Positions 35,104 to 49,273 of a stretch of 59,697 nucleotides of DNA are shown here, piece by piece. A model generated the notes under the pieces. The model made no database searches and was not told the DNA's origin. It worked only from the letters and a program-made list of their open reading frames with translations. The stretch comes from Candidatus Methylomirabilota bacterium (GTDB lineage Bacteria > Methylomirabilota > Methylomirabilia > Rokubacteriales > CSP1-6). The DNA is taken from assembly GCA_035948165.1 (NCBI GenBank), contig DASZJM010000158.1:1-59697 (forward strand), read 5' to 3'. A program made the position numbers and the translations under genes. Every line of letters begins with the position of its first letter. Positions within the stretch are counted from its first letter, which is position 1.

Positions 35104-38100
35104 ATGAGTGTGTCTGTTCCGTCCGTCCTGTCTCGCTGGGCCGCGTTCGACGAGGTGCTGGCGGCCCTCGCCAAGGGAGCACCCTGCCTGCGCGCCGACG
35201 GCCTCTGGGGCTCGTCCCGCGCCCTGGCCACTGCCGGGCTGCTCCAGCGCAGCGGGCGGCCGATCCTGGTGCTGACCCCGGGGCCGGTCCAGCGACATCA
35301 GGCCGCCCAGGACACCGCCTTCTTCCTGGCCACGCTCTCGGGCGGGGCCGTCGGCGGACCGGTCGGGGAGGGGCGCGTGCTGGAGTTCCCGTCGGGGTCC
35401 GGCGCCTCCTGGCGCGGGGGCCGCCATCGCGAGCCGGACGCGGAGCGCGCCCTCTGCTGCCGGCGGCTGCTGGACGGCGACGCGGTGGCGATCGTGGCCA
35501 CCCCGTCCGGGCTCGCGATCCCGGTCCCGCCGCCCGAGTCGTTCAAGCGCCGCACCTTCACCCTGACGGTGGGCGAGGGGAGCGATCGCGAGATCCTGCT
35601 CGCGCTCCTCGAGGCGGCGGGCTACGAGCGCGTCGAGACGGTGCTCGAGGTGGGGCAGTGGAGCCTGCGCGGCGGCATCGTCGACATCTTCTCGCCGACC
35701 CACGCCCAGCCGGTGCGCGCCGAGTTCTTCGGCGACGAGGTGGAGTCGTTGCGCCTCTTCGATCCCACGTCGCAGCGGTCGGTGGGTCAGCTCCGGGAGC
35801 TGACCGTGCTGCCGCTCGGCTCACGCGACGCGGCGCCGGTCACCCTGCTCGACTACCTGCCCGCCGAGACCGTGATCGTCCTGGAGGATCCCGCGCTGCT
35901 GGAGGCGCCGCCCGACGACGCGCCCTCCGCCGCGCCGCTCGCGACCCTGCTCGCGCGCTTCCAGCGGCTCGAGCTGCCGCTGCTCCACCGCGGCGACGGC
36001 GCGGGGCCGCGGATCGCGATGGGCGCGCGCTCGGTCGGCGGCTTCCGCGGCCAGTTCAAGACCCTCGCGACCGAGATCCGGGACTGGCGGGTCGAGGGCT
36101 TCACGGTGCGCCTGGTGGTGGACGACGAGCGGCAGCGCGACCGCCTGCGGCAGATGCTGGCCGAGCACGAGCTCGAGGCGTGGCCGGAGGCGACCCTGTG
36201 GAGCTCGGAGGGGCTCGGGGTGCTGGTGGGGGAGTGCTCGGCCGGCTTCCAGCTCCCCGCCCTCGGGCTGGTCGTGCTCTGCGAGGAGGAGATCTTCGGA
36301 GCGCAGCGGCGCCGGCTGCGGCGGCCCCTCTTCCAGCGCGGCGCGGCCATCGCCTCGTTCAACGACCTGGCCCCCAACGACCTCGTGGTGCACGAGCAGC
36401 ACGGCATCGCACGCTACCACGGCCTCCGCACGCTCGCGACCGACGGCCACGACGCCGACTTCCTCCTGCTCGAGTACGCCGAGGGCGGCCGGCTCTACCT
36501 GCCGGTCGAGCGGCTCGACCTGATCTCGAAGTACATGGGCGCCCCCGAGGGCGCGGCGCGGCTCGACCGGCTGGGCGGCGGCGCGTGGCAGCGCCTGAAG
36601 GAATCGGTGCGGGCGGCCCTGCGCGAGATGGCGGAGGAGCTGCTGAAGCTCTACGCGACGCGCTCGGTGGCCGAGCGGCCGCGCTTCGCCGACGACACGC
36701 CGTGGCAGGGCGAGTTCGAGGCCTCGTTCCGGTTCGAGGAGACGCCGGATCAGATGCGCGCCATCGAGGAGGTCAAGGGCGACATGATGGGGGGGCGCCC
36801 GATGGACCGCCTGGTCGCGGGCGACGTGGGCTACGGCAAGACCGAGGTGGCCCTGCGCGCCGCCTTCCGCGCGGTGGCGGACGGCCGACAGGTCGCGGTG
36901 CTGGTGCCGACCACCGTGCTGGCCCAGCAGCACTACAACACCTTCGTCGAGCGCTTCACTCCGTTCCCGGCCAAGGTCGAGCTGCTCTCGCGCTTCCGCA
37001 GCCCCAAGGAGCAGAAGGCGGTGGTGGCCGGCCTCGCCTCCGGCGCGGTCGACGTGGTGGTCGGCACGCACCGGCTGCTGTCGAAGGACGTGCAGTTCAA
37101 GGACCTGGGCCTGCTGGTGGTCGACGAGGAGCATCGCTTCGGGGTCACCCACAAGGAGCGGCTCAAGCAGCTGCGCACCTCGGTGGACGTGCTCACCCTC
37201 ACCGCGACCCCGATCCCGCGCACGCTCCACATGGCGCTCTCCGGGGTGCGCGACCTCTCGGTGATCGAGACGCCGCCGCTCGACCGGCTGCCGGTGGAGA
37301 CGGTGGTGACCGCGTTCAACCGCACCGTGATCCGCGAGGCGATCGAGCGGGAGCTGAACCGGGGCGGGCAGGTGTTCTTCGTGCACAACCGCATCCAGTC
37401 GCTCGGCTCGATGACCCACTTCATCCAGACCCTGGTGCCGGAGGCGCGGGTGGTGATGGGGCACGGCCAGATGGCGGAGCGGGAGCTGGAGAGCGTGATG
37501 GTCAAGTTCGTGGACGGCCAGGCCGACGTGCTGGTCTCGACCGCGATCGTGGAGTCGGGCCTCGACATCCCGGCCTCCAACACCATCATCATCAACCGGG
37601 CCGACCGCTTCGGGCTGGCGCAGCTCTACCAGCTCCGGGGGCGGGTGGGCCGGGAGCGGCAGCAGGCCTACGCCTACCTCCTGGTGCCCGCCGACGGCCG
37701 GATCGACGAGACGGCCCAGAAGCGGCTGCGGGTGATCGAGGAGTCGACCGAGCTGGGGGCGGGGCTCCGGCTCGCCATGCGGGATCTGGAGATCCGGGGC
37801 ACCGGCAACCTCCTGGGGGCGGCCCAGCACGGGCACATCGCGGCGGTGGGGTTCGATCTTTACAGCAAGCTCCTGGCGGAGGCCGTGCGAGACTTGAGGG
37901 GCGAACCGGCGGCGGAGCGCGTCGACCCGGTCATTTCGGCGGACGTGGAAGCGCTCTTGCCCGAGTCGTTCGTCCCCGAGGTGAACCAGCGACTCGCCCT
38001 CTACAAGCGGCTCGCCGAGATCGAGCGCCCCGAGGAAGTCGTCGACGCGCGCGCCGAGCTGGCCGACCGCTACGGTCCGCCGCCCCCGGCGGTCGAGGCG

Positions 38101-38355
38101 CTGCTGGACGTGGTGGGACTCCGGGTGGCGGCCCGGCAGCTCGGGGTGGAGCGGGTGGAGGCCGGCGGTGGGCGGGCGGTGCTCACCTTCGCCCCGTCGA
38201 CCAAGGTCACACCCGAGAGGATCCTCAAGGCGATCGCGGCCAGTCGAGGCGGCATCGCGCTGAAAAAGGAGTACACGGTGGAAGCACGGATTCCGACCGA
38301 GCCCTGGCCCGCGGTACGCGACGCCCTCGCGAAGCTCCTGGACTCGCTCCGGTGA
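35104..38355 (+). CDS. mfd: transcription-repair coupling factor
   Basis: Track ORF 35023..38355. ATG 35104 (or GTG 35101) is the likely start. It has Walker A DVGYGKTEVA and DEEH in VVDEEHRFGV. Confidence 0.95.
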   Translation: MSVSVPSVLSRWAAFDEVLAALAKGAPCLRADGLWGSSRALATAGLLQRSGRPILVLTPGPVQRHQAAQDTAFFLATLSGGAVGGPVGEGRVLEFPSGSGASWRGGRHREPDAERALCCRRLLDGDAVAIVATPSGLAIPVPPPESFKRRTFTLTVGEGSDREILLALLEAAGYERVETVLEVGQWSLRGGIVDIFSPTHAQPVRAEFFGDEVESLRLFDPTSQRSVGQLRELTVLPLGSRDAAPVTLLDYLPAETVIVLEDPALLEAPPDDAPSAAPLATLLARFQRLELPLLHRGDGAGPRIAMGARSVGGFRGQFKTLATEIRDWRVEGFTVRLVVDDERQRDRLRQMLAEHELEAWPEATLWSSEGLGVLVGECSAGFQLPALGLVVLCEEEIFGAQRRRLRRPLFQRGAAIASFNDLAPNDLVVHEQHGIARYHGLRTLATDGHDADFLLLEYAEGGRLYLPVERLDLISKYMGAPEGAARLDRLGGGAWQRLKESVRAALREMAEELLKLYATRSVAERPRFADDTPWQGEFEASFRFEETPDQMRAIEEVKGDMMGGRPMDRLVAGDVGYGKTEVALRAAFRAVADGRQVAVLVPTTVLAQQHYNTFVERFTPFPAKVELLSRFRSPKEQKAVVAGLASGAVDVVVGTHRLLSKDVQFKDLGLLVVDEEHRFGVTHKERLKQLRTSVDVLTLTATPIPRTLHMALSGVRDLSVIETPPLDRLPVETVVTAFNRTVIREAIERELNRGGQVFFVHNRIQSLGSMTHFIQTLVPEARVVMGHGQMAERELESVMVKFVDGQADVLVSTAIVESGLDIPASNTIIINRADRFGLAQLYQLRGRVGRERQQAYAYLLVPADGRIDETAQKRLRVIEESTELGAGLRLAMRDLEIRGTGNLLGAAQHGHIAAVGFDLYSKLLAEAVRDLRGEPAAERVDPVISADVEALLPESFVPEVNQRLALYKRLAEIERPEEVVDARAELADRYGPPPPAVEALLDVVGLRVAARQLGVERVEAGGGRAVLTFAPSTKVTPERILKAIAASRGGIALKKEYTVEARIPTEPWPAVRDALAKLLDSLR

Positions 38356-39449
38356 GGCGCCGGGCCGGCCGGCATCGCGCGCGCGTCGTCCTCCTCGCCC
38401 TGCTCTCCCTCGCGACCGCCGGCTGCTCGATGGCGATCCCGAGCTGGGTCCCCCTGTTCGGCCGCCCCGCCCCGCCCGCTCCCGCCGCGGAGGCGCCCAA
38501 GCCCCCCGCGTCGGCGCCGATCCTGACCTCGCGGGACCAGATCGAGTCCTCGCCCGACGTGGTCGACCGGGTCATCTGCGTGGTGAACAACGACGCGATC
38601 ACTCAGTACGAGCTGGACGAGGCGGAGCTGTACTACCTGGCCGAGACCCGCGAGCAGATGTCGGACGGCGAGGCCCGCAAGGCGCTGCGCGCCCGGCTGC
38701 TCCAGACCTTGATCGAGAACCGGATCCAGCTGCAGCAGGCGGAGCGCGACAAGGTGGTGATCGAGGACGCGGAGCTGAACGACAACGTGGCCGAGATCAT
38801 GAAGAAGCTCAAGGCCAAGGACGATAAGGAGTTCGAGGAGATCATCAAGGGCCAGGGCCTCACCGTCGAGGCGGTCCGCAAGCGGCTCCGCGAGCAGCTC
38901 ATGGTCCAGCGGGTCATCCGCCGGAAGGTCGCGCTGCGCATCTCGGTGACCGAGCAGGAGATCGACAAGTACCTGGTCGACAACCGGGAGAAGCTCGAGA
39001 CCGGCCTCACCTTCACGCCCCGCCACATCCTGGTGGTGCCCGATCCCAACAAGGGCGAGGAGGGCTGGCTCGAGGCGCGCAAGAAGGCGGAGGAGATCTA
39101 CGGGCGCCTGCTCGAGGGGCAGGACTTCGGCGAGCTGGCCAAGAAGTTCTCGGAGGATCCCTCTGGCAAGGACGGGGGCGTGATCGGCAACATCAAGCGC
39201 GGCGAGCTGGCCCCCGACATCGAGGAGGCGATCATGCGCCTGCAGCCCGGCGAGGTCTCCACCCCGTTCCGCTCCCAGGTGGGCTACCATCTGTTCCGGC
39301 TCGACTCGCGCGAGACGCTGAGCGGCGACGGCCTCGTCCAGGTGCGCAACCAGGTCCGCGACATCCTCTACCGCCAGAAGTACGACGCGCGGCTCAAGGA
39401 TTGGCTGGTCGAGATCAAGCAGCGGGCCATCATCGACGTGCGCATGTGA
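38352..39449 (+). CDS. SurA/PrsA-like peptidyl-prolyl isomerase, predicted lipoprotein
   Basis: GTG 38352 overlaps the mfd stop (GTGA). It has the lipobox LATAGC, a SurA-N-like region and one PpiC-type rotamase domain (FSEDPSGKDGGVIGNIKRGEL). Confidence 0.8.
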   Translation: MRRRAGRHRARVVLLALLSLATAGCSMAIPSWVPLFGRPAPPAPAAEAPKPPASAPILTSRDQIESSPDVVDRVICVVNNDAITQYELDEAELYYLAETREQMSDGEARKALRARLLQTLIENRIQLQQAERDKVVIEDAELNDNVAEIMKKLKAKDDKEFEEIIKGQGLTVEAVRKRLREQLMVQRVIRRKVALRISVTEQEIDKYLVDNREKLETGLTFTPRHILVVPDPNKGEEGWLEARKKAEEIYGRLLEGQDFGELAKKFSEDPSGKDGGVIGNIKRGELAPDIEEAIMRLQPGEVSTPFRSQVGYHLFRLDSRETLSGDGLVQVRNQVRDILYRQKYDARLKDWLVEIKQRAIIDVRM

Positions 39450-39458
39450 AAATCAGAG

Positions 39459-39488
39459 TTGACAGCCCGGGAAACCGTATGGGAGAGT
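39459..39488 (+). promoter_or_regulatory. possible promoter TTGACA-N18-GAGAGT upstream of rho
   Basis: Read directly: TTGACA at 39459-39464 and GAGAGT at 39483-39488. The -10 is weak. Confidence 0.3.
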
Positions 39489-39494
39489 GATTCG

Positions 39495-39667
39495 CGTAGC
39501 ACGGCACCCAACCTCCTTACAGAGTAGATCTCAACACACGCAACCCGCCGGAGAACACCATCTCTTCCTCAGAGCGCACGCCCAAGCGCCCCGCCCCCAA
39601 GCCGTCCGCCCCGGAGCCCATTCCCGCCGAAACGACCACCGCGGTGGTCGGGGCAGGAGGAAAGCGG
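39495..39667 (+). promoter_or_regulatory. long C-rich, G-poor 5' leader of rho (rut-like; candidate autoregulatory attenuator)
   Basis: My hand count over 39501-39640 gives C 66, G 26, A 34, T 14 of 140 nt. Confidence 0.4.
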
Positions 39668-40921
<1,254 letters not shown>

Positions 40922-40941
40922 CCCCCGCCGCACCCGGATTT

Positions 40942-40970
40942 TTGCCTTTTCACGTCCGCCCTGCTATGCT
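40942..40970 (+). promoter_or_regulatory. putative promoter TTGCCT-N17-TATGCT upstream of rpmE
   Basis: Read directly: 40942-40947 and 40965-40970, in a T-rich patch after the rho stop. Confidence 0.4.
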
Positions 40971-40995
40971 CTGAGACCCATTTAGGAGGTGCGCC

Positions 40996-41211
40996 GTGAA
41001 GGCTGGCATTCATCCGGACTACATTGACACCACGATCACCTGCAACTGCGGGGAGGTCATCCACACCCGCTCCACCGTGCCGACCATCAAGGTGGAGGTC
41101 TGCTCCAAGTGCCATCCCTTCTTCACCGGGAAGCAGCGGTTCCTGGACACCGCCGGGCGCGTCGAGCGCTTCCAGCAGAAGTACAAGAGGAAGAGCCGCA
41201 CGGAGGGGTAG
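40996..41211 (+). CDS. rpmE: 50S ribosomal protein L31 (Zn-ribbon type)
   Basis: GTG 40996 follows TAGGAGGTG. The translation is [19 protein letters not shown]...[12 protein letters not shown]. Confidence 0.95.
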   Translation: MKAGIHPDYIDTTITCNCGEVIHTRSTVPTIKVEVCSKCHPFFTGKQRFLDTAGRVERFQQKYKRKSRTEG

Positions 41212-41320
41212 GGCCGGGCTCGGCGCTGCTCCGCGCTCCGAGCCACACACTCGGCTGCATCTGATTGCTGGTCTTTCGCCGCGGCGCCGTTCCCCGTGTG
41301 CCCGTCCCTGAGGCACTTCT

Positions 41321-42391
41321 ATGTTCGACAAGCTCCGGCAGATCGAAGAGCGTTACGGCGAGCTGAACCGCTCGCTGTCCGATCCCCAGGTGATCGGCCA
41401 GCCCGCGGTCTACGCGCGCACCGCCAAGGCGGCGGCGGACCTGGCCGAGACGGTGGCCAAGTTCGAGGAGTACAAGAACGTCCTCGCCCGGACCTCGGAG
41501 GCCCGCCACATCCTGGCCGAGGACGCCGATCGCGAGATGCGCGACCTGGCCCAGGCCGAGATCGACGAGCTGGGCGCGCGCCAGGCGCAACTGGAAGAGG
41601 AGCTGCGGGGCATGCTGGTCCCGCGCGATCCGAACGACGACACGAACGTCTTCGTGGAGATCCGGGCGGGGGCGGGTGGCGACGAGGCCGGCCTCTTCGC
41701 GGCCGAGCTGTTCCGCATGTACACGAAGTACGCGGAGCAGAAGCGGTGGAAGTGGGAGGTCATCGACAGCCATCCCACCGGGGTCGGCGGCCTCAAGGAA
41801 GTGGTGGCCCTCGTGCAGGGCCGCGGGGCGTGGAGCCGCCTCAAGTTCGAGCGCGGGGTGCACCGGGTGCAGCGCGTACCCACCACCGAGTCGAGCGGAC
41901 GCATCCACACCTCGACGGTGACGGTGGCGGTGCTGCCGGAGGCCGAGGACGTCGACGTGAAGGTGGACGAGAAGGACATCCAGGTCGACGTGTACCGCTC
42001 CTCCGGCCCCGGCGGCCAGGGAGTCAACACCACCGACTCGGCGGTCCGCCTCACCCATCTGCCCACCGGCCTGGTGGTGACCTGCCAGGACGAGCGCTCC
42101 CAGATCAAGAACCGGGCGAAGGCCCTGCGGGTGCTGAAGGCCCGGCTGCTCGAGCGGGCGCAGGAGGAGCAGGCCGCCGCCATCGCGGCGGACCGGCGGA
42201 GCCAGGTCGGCACCGGGGAGCGCAGCGAGCGGATCCGGACCTACAACTTCCCGCAGGGCCGCGTCACCGACCACCGGATCAACCTCACCCTGCACCGGCT
42301 GCCCACCGTGCTGGAGGGCGATCTCGACGAGCTGATCGACGCGCTGCGGGAGCGGGACCAGAGCCAGAAGCTCGCGGAGAGCGTCCCGTGA
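41321..42391 (+). CDS. prfA: peptide chain release factor 1
   Basis: 356-aa ORF with GGQ in [11 protein letters not shown] and a PxT-type motif in RVPTTES. Confidence 0.95.
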   Translation: MFDKLRQIEERYGELNRSLSDPQVIGQPAVYARTAKAAADLAETVAKFEEYKNVLARTSEARHILAEDADREMRDLAQAEIDELGARQAQLEEELRGMLVPRDPNDDTNVFVEIRAGAGGDEAGLFAAELFRMYTKYAEQKRWKWEVIDSHPTGVGGLKEVVALVQGRGAWSRLKFERGVHRVQRVPTTESSGRIHTSTVTVAVLPEAEDVDVKVDEKDIQVDVYRSSGPGGQGVNTTDSAVRLTHLPTGLVVTCQDERSQIKNRAKALRVLKARLLERAQEEQAAAIAADRRSQVGTGERSERIRTYNFPQGRVTDHRINLTLHRLPTVLEGDLDELIDALRERDQSQKLAESVP

Positions 42392-43316
42392 TCGGGCTAG
42401 TGGCGGACCGCACGGTGCCCGCGCTGCTCGCGCGCGGGACCGCCGCGCTGGAGTCGGCCGGGATCGGGACCGCGCGGCCGGAGGCGGAGTGGCTGCTCGC
42501 CGGGCTGCTGGGCGTCGACCGCTTCGCCCTCTACACGGACCCGGCGCGCCGGCTCGCCACGCCCACCGTCACCCGCTATCTGACCCTGGTCGAGCGCCGG
42601 GCCGCGCGCGAGCCGCTCCAGTACCTGCTCGGCTGGGAAGAGTTCCACGGGCTGCGGCTCGCGGTCTCGCCGGATGTGCTGGTGCCCCGGCCCGAGACGG
42701 AGGGGCTGGTCGAGTGGGCCCTCGAGGTCCTGGCGGACCGCCCGGAGCCGGTGGTGGCCGATCTCGGCACCGGTAGCGGCGCGATCGCCTGCGCGATCGC
42801 TCGATCGCAGCCGGCGGCCGAGGTGCTCGCGGTGGAGATCTCGGGCGGCGCCCTCGCGGTGGCCTCGCGCAACGTGCGCGACCTGGGCGTGGGCGCGCGC
42901 GTCCGGCTCCTGGCCGGCGATCTCTTCGCCCCGCTCGGGTCGATCTCGGGCAGCCTCGACCTGGTGGTGGCCAACCCGCCCTACCTGCCGAGCGCGGTGA
43001 TTCCCTCGCTGCCCCCCGAGGTCTCGCGCCACGAGCCGCGAGCTGCGCTCGACGGCGGCCCCGACGGCCTCCACGTGCTCCGTCGCATCGTGGCGGGGGC
43101 GCCCGCGGTGCTCAAGCGCGGGGGGTGGCTGCTGATGGAGATCGGCGACGAGCAGGCCGGTCCGCTCGCCTCCCTGATGGCGGCCGAGGGTTTCTCCGGC
43201 ATCCGGGCCCGCCGCGACCTCAACGGGATCGAGCGCTACATCGGCGGGCGGTGGGAGCCGGCCGCCACCACCCTCGCGGGCTGCGCCTCGGGCGCGGCCC
43301 GCCGGGAGGGCTGCTG

Positions 43317-43317
<1 letters not shown>
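42388..43317 (+). CDS. prmC: release factor glutamine N5-methyltransferase
   Basis: GTG 42388 overlaps the prfA stop (GTGA). It has the NPPY motif in VANPPYLP and SAM motif DLGTGSGAI. Confidence 0.9.
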
Positions 43318-44572
<1,255 letters not shown>

Positions 44573-44573
<1 letters not shown>

Positions 44574-45241
44574 TGCTCACCCTCGCCTTGCCCAAGGGCC
44601 GCCTGCTCGAGCCCGCGCTCACCGTGCTCGCGGGCATGGGCATCCGCGGCATCGAGCCCGACTCGCGGCGGCTCCTGCAGGCCGACGACGCGGCGGGGCT
44701 GCGCTTCATCCTGCTCAAGCCCGCCGACGTGCCGACCTACGTGGAGTACGGCGCGGCCGACCTCGGCATCGTGGGCAAGGACATACTGCTCGAGCAGCAG
44801 CCCGACGTCTACGAGCCGGTGGATCTCGGGTTCGGGTTCTGCCGGCTGGTGGTGGCGGAGACCCGCGAGCTGTGGGAGCGCGACGATCCGGCCAAGTGGT
44901 CGTGGGTGCGCGTCGCCACCAAGTACCCGCGCCTCACCGAGTCCTACTTCTCGGAGCGGGGGATCCAGGTCGAGATGGTCCGCCTCGACGGCTCGATCGA
45001 GCTGGCCCCGCTGGTGGGCCTGGCCGAGCGCATCGTCGATCTCGTGCAGTCCGGGGAGACCCTGCGGGCGAACGGGCTGGTGGAGGTGGCCGAGATCCTG
45101 ACCTCCACCGCGCGCCTCATCGTCAATCGCGCGTCGCTCAAGACCGCGCACGCCCACGTGAGCCAGCTCATCACCGCGATGCGCGAGACGACCGCGCGCG
45201 CGGGGCGCGCCGCCGCCGAGCCGAGCAAGTCCAGAAAATGA
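44573..45241 (+). CDS. hisG: ATP phosphoribosyltransferase, short form
   Basis: ATG 44573 overlaps the murA TGA by 1 nt. The 222-aa protein starts [11 protein letters not shown] and has no C-terminal regulatory domain. Confidence 0.9.
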
Positions 45242-46551
45242 TTCGTACGCTCGAGACGTCGAGTGCCGGCATCGAGGGCGTCGTCCGCGCGCTGGAGCGG
45301 CCGCCGGGGGCGGTCGATCCGGAGGTCGCCGGTCGCGTCACCGAGATCGTGGCTGCGGTCCGCGCGCGCGGTGACGCGGCGGTCCTCGACTACACCCGGC
45401 GCTTCGACCGGGTGAGCCTCACCGCGGCCGAGCTCGCGGTGCGCCCCGAGGAGTACGCGGCGGCCGAGCGCACGGTGGGTGAGGTGACCCTGCGCTCGCT
45501 CCGCTACGCAGCCGCGCGCATCGAGCGCTTCCACCGCGAGTGCGCGCCGCGCTCGTGGCGCATGCGGGACGACCACGGCTCGCGCCTCGGCCAGGAGGTG
45601 CGCCCGCTCGAGCGGGTCGCGGTCTACGTGCCGGGCGGGCGGGCCGCCTATCCCTCCACCGTCCTGATGACGGTGGTGCCGGCGCGGGTGGCGGGAGTGC
45701 GGGAGATCGTGCTGGTCTCGCCGCCCGGCGCGGACGGCGCTCTCAATCCCGCGGTGCTCGCCGCCGCCCGCATCGCGGGGGTGACCGAGGCCTACCGGGT
45801 CGGCGGCGCCCAGGCGGTGGCCGCGCTCGCCTACGGGACCGAGACCATCCGCCGCGTCGACAAGATCGTGGGCCCGGGCAACATCTACGTGGCGCTCGCC
45901 AAGGCGCAGGTGTTCGGCGACGTGGGCATCGACATGGTGGCGGGTCCGAGCGAGGTGATCGTGGTGGCCGACGAGACCGCGGACGCGGAGTTCGTGGCCG
46001 CGGACCTGCTGGCCCAGGCCGAGCACGACCCGATGGCGCGCGCGGTGCTGCTCACGCCCTCGGCCGCGCTGCGGGACCGGGTCGCGGCCGCGCTCGCCCG
46101 GCAGCTCACCGCGCTGCCGCGGCGCGAGATCGCGGGCGCCGCGCTCGCGAGCCACGGCGCGCTGGTGCTGACCGCGAGCGTCGAGGAGGCGGTGGAGCTG
46201 GCCAACCGGCTCGCTCCCGAGCACCTCGAGCTGCAGGTCCGCGACCCGGAGGCGCTGCTCGCGCGGGTGCGGCACGCCGGCGCGGTGTTCCTGGGCCGCC
46301 ACACCCCCGAGGTGGTGGGCGACTACGTGGCGGGACCGAATCACGTGCTGCCGACCGGCGGCACCGCGCGCTTCTCCTCGGCGCTCTCGACCGAGGACTT
46401 CGTGACCCGGCTCAGCGTGATCGAGTACTCGCCGGCCGGGCTGGCCGAGGCGGGTCCGCACGTGGCGGAGCTGTCGCGGGTGGAGGGCCTCGACGGACAC
46501 GGCGCGGCGGCGGCGGTACGCATCGCGGCCGCGCGGGAGGGAGCACGATGA
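45238..46551 (+). CDS. hisD: histidinol dehydrogenase
   Basis: ATGA overlap with hisG. 437 aa with typical HisD sequence. Confidence 0.95.
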   Translation: MIRTLETSSAGIEGVVRALERPPGAVDPEVAGRVTEIVAAVRARGDAAVLDYTRRFDRVSLTAAELAVRPEEYAAAERTVGEVTLRSLRYAAARIERFHRECAPRSWRMRDDHGSRLGQEVRPLERVAVYVPGGRAAYPSTVLMTVVPARVAGVREIVLVSPPGADGALNPAVLAAARIAGVTEAYRVGGAQAVAALAYGTETIRRVDKIVGPGNIYVALAKAQVFGDVGIDMVAGPSEVIVVADETADAEFVAADLLAQAEHDPMARAVLLTPSAALRDRVAAALARQLTALPRREIAGAALASHGALVLTASVEEAVELANRLAPEHLELQVRDPEALLARVRHAGAVFLGRHTPEVVGDYVAGPNHVLPTGGTARFSSALSTEDFVTRLSVIEYSPAGLAEAGPHVAELSRVEGLDGHGAAAAVRIAAAREGAR

Positions 46552-47165
46552 CCGGGCAGCGGAGCACGGAGCCGACGGAGCCGCGACAGAGCCGGATCGA
46601 GCGGAACACCAAGGAGACCCAGATCGTCCTGCATCTCAACCTGGACGGGACCGGGGCCTCCAAGATCGACACCGGCATCCCGTTCTTCAACCACATGCTG
46701 GAGGCGTGGTCCAAGCACGCGCTGATGGACCTCCAGGTGGATGCCAAGGGCGACCTGGATGTCGACCTCCACCACACGGTCGAGGACGTGGGCATCTGCC
46801 TCGGGAAGGCGCTCCGCGAGGCGGTGGGCGACAAGAAGGGCATCGTGCGCTACGGCGCCTCCTTCCTGCCCATGGACGAGGCCCTCCTGCACGCGGCGGT
46901 CGACATCTCGGGCCGGCCGTACCTCGTGTTCAACGTGCCGCTCCAGCGCACGCGCATCGCCAACTTCGACCTCGACCTGCTGAAGGACTTCTTCCGCGCG
47001 GTCGCGGTCAACGCGGAGATCACGCTGCACCTCAACATGCACTACGGCGAGAACCTCCACCACATCGCGGAGGCCACCTTCAAGGCGGCCGGCCGCGCCC
47101 TCGCCGAAGCGACCCGTCTGAACCCGAGAATCACCGGGATTCTCTCCACAAAGGGCAGCTTGTGA
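46548..47165 (+). CDS. hisB: imidazoleglycerol-phosphate dehydratase (monofunctional)
   Basis: ATGA overlap with hisD. Motifs are RNTKETQI and [11 protein letters not shown]. Confidence 0.95.
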   Translation: MTGQRSTEPTEPRQSRIERNTKETQIVLHLNLDGTGASKIDTGIPFFNHMLEAWSKHALMDLQVDAKGDLDVDLHHTVEDVGICLGKALREAVGDKKGIVRYGASFLPMDEALLHAAVDISGRPYLVFNVPLQRTRIANFDLDLLKDFFRAVAVNAEITLHLNMHYGENLHHIAEATFKAAGRALAEATRLNPRITGILSTKGSL

Positions 47166-47776
47166 TCGCAGTCGTCGACTACGGGCGCGGCAACCTGGGC
47201 AGCGTGGAGAAGGCCTTCGCGCGCGTCGGCACGCCCGCGGTGGTGACCCAGGATCCCGCGGTGGTCGACGACGCGGAGGCGGTGGTGCTGCCCGGCGACG
47301 GCGCGTTCCACGACGCGATGGACAATCTCCAGGCCCTGGGCCTGATCGCGCCGATCCGCACCTGTCTCGGAGAGGCGCGCCCGTTCCTCGGCATCTGCCT
47401 CGGCTACCAGCTTCTCTTCACCGAGAGCGAGGAGTTCGGCCAGGGCAAGGGCCTCGACGTCATCCCGGGCGCGGTGCGCCGCTTCCCTCCAGGGCTCAAG
47501 GTGCCGCACATGGGCTGGAACCAGGTCGCGCACCGGGGCGACTGGCCGCTCTTCGATGGCATCCCGAGCGGGGCGAACTTCTACTTCGTGCACTCCTACT
47601 ACCCGGAGCCCACCGATCCGTCGCTCCAGGTGGCCACCTGCGACTACGGGATCACCTTCCCGGCCGCGGTCGGGCGCGGCGCGCTCTACGCGACCCAGTT
47701 CCACCCGGAGAAGAGCCAGCGCTGGGGCATCCGCCTGCTGGAGAACTTCGCGGCGCTCGTCCGCGACCGCCGCTGA
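47162..47776 (+). CDS. hisH: imidazole glycerol phosphate synthase, glutamine amidotransferase subunit
   Basis: GTGA overlap with hisB. The nucleophile Cys is in GICLGYQLL. Confidence 0.95.
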   Translation: MIAVVDYGRGNLGSVEKAFARVGTPAVVTQDPAVVDDAEAVVLPGDGAFHDAMDNLQALGLIAPIRTCLGEARPFLGICLGYQLLFTESEEFGQGKGLDVIPGAVRRFPPGLKVPHMGWNQVAHRGDWPLFDGIPSGANFYFVHSYYPEPTDPSLQVATCDYGITFPAAVGRGALYATQFHPEKSQRWGIRLLENFAALVRDRR

Positions 47777-47787
47777 GGCGCGCGCGC

Positions 47788-48507
47788 ATGTTCGAGATCG
47801 TCCCCGCGGTGGATCTCAAGGCGGGCCGCTGTGTCCGGCTCCGGCAGGGCCGCGCCGACGCGGAGACCGTGTTCTCCGACGACCCGGTGGCGATGGCGCG
47901 GCGCTGGCAGGACGCGGGCGCGCGCCGGCTGCACGTGGTGGACTTGGACGGGGCCTTCGCGGGCCGCCCGGCCCAGACCGCGCTCGTGGCCGCCATGATC
48001 CAGGCGGTCTCGATCCCGGTGGAGGTGGGGGGTGGCCTACGGGAGATCGCCCACGTGGAGGCGGTGCTGGCCGCGGGTGCCCGCTGGGCCATCGTGGGGA
48101 CGCGGGCCGCGCTCGACCCCGCGTTCCTGGGCGAGGTGTGCCAGCGCTTCCGGGATCGTGTGATCATCGGCGTCGACGCCTCCGACGGGAAGGTCGCGGT
48201 GGACGGCTGGACCCGCGTCCTCGATCTCGACGCCATCGCGCTCGCCCGCGACGCGGCAGCGGCCGGGGCGGTCGGCATCATCTACACCGACATCGCGCGC
48301 GACGGCACCCAGACCGGCCCCAACCTCTGGAGCACCGGCGCGGTGGCCCAGGCCGCCGGCATCCCGGTGTTCGCCTCGGGCGGGGTCGGGTCGCTCGACG
48401 ACATCCGCCAGCTCGCCACGGTGGCCGGCCTCGCCGGGGTCGTCGTGGGCCGGGCGCTCTACAGCGGCGCGGTCGATCTGGCCGCCGCGGTGGCGGAGGT
48501 GCAGTAG
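47788..48507 (+). CDS. hisA: ProFAR isomerase
   Basis: 239-aa ORF with typical HisA (beta/alpha)8 sequence. Confidence 0.95.
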   Translation: MFEIVPAVDLKAGRCVRLRQGRADAETVFSDDPVAMARRWQDAGARRLHVVDLDGAFAGRPAQTALVAAMIQAVSIPVEVGGGLREIAHVEAVLAAGARWAIVGTRAALDPAFLGEVCQRFRDRVIIGVDASDGKVAVDGWTRVLDLDAIALARDAAAAGAVGIIYTDIARDGTQTGPNLWSTGAVAQAAGIPVFASGGVGSLDDIRQLATVAGLAGVVVGRALYSGAVDLAAAVAEVQ

Positions 48508-48511
48508 GGCC

Positions 48512-49269
<758 letters not shown>

Positions 49270-49273
<4 letters not shown>

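Noticed and set aside
35658-39449. 1263-aa ORF over mfd and the PPIase gene. The same situation applies to 5965..8049, 8475..9794, 9059..10519, 24975..26624, 29228..30967, 41296..43317, 43406..45241, 44470..46551, 51258..53129 and 51875..54499.
   Set aside because: In each case only the 3' portion, starting at a start codon that overlaps or abuts the upstream gene's stop, gives a recognisable protein. The 5' portions are out-of-frame shadows of the upstream gene.
41217-41244. Hairpin GGCTCGG-N14-CCGAGCC after rpmE as an intrinsic terminator.
   Set aside because: It has only a 7-bp stem with a large 14-nt loop and no U-tract. That is too weak to call, and prfA may be transcribed from rpmE read-through or from its own promoter.
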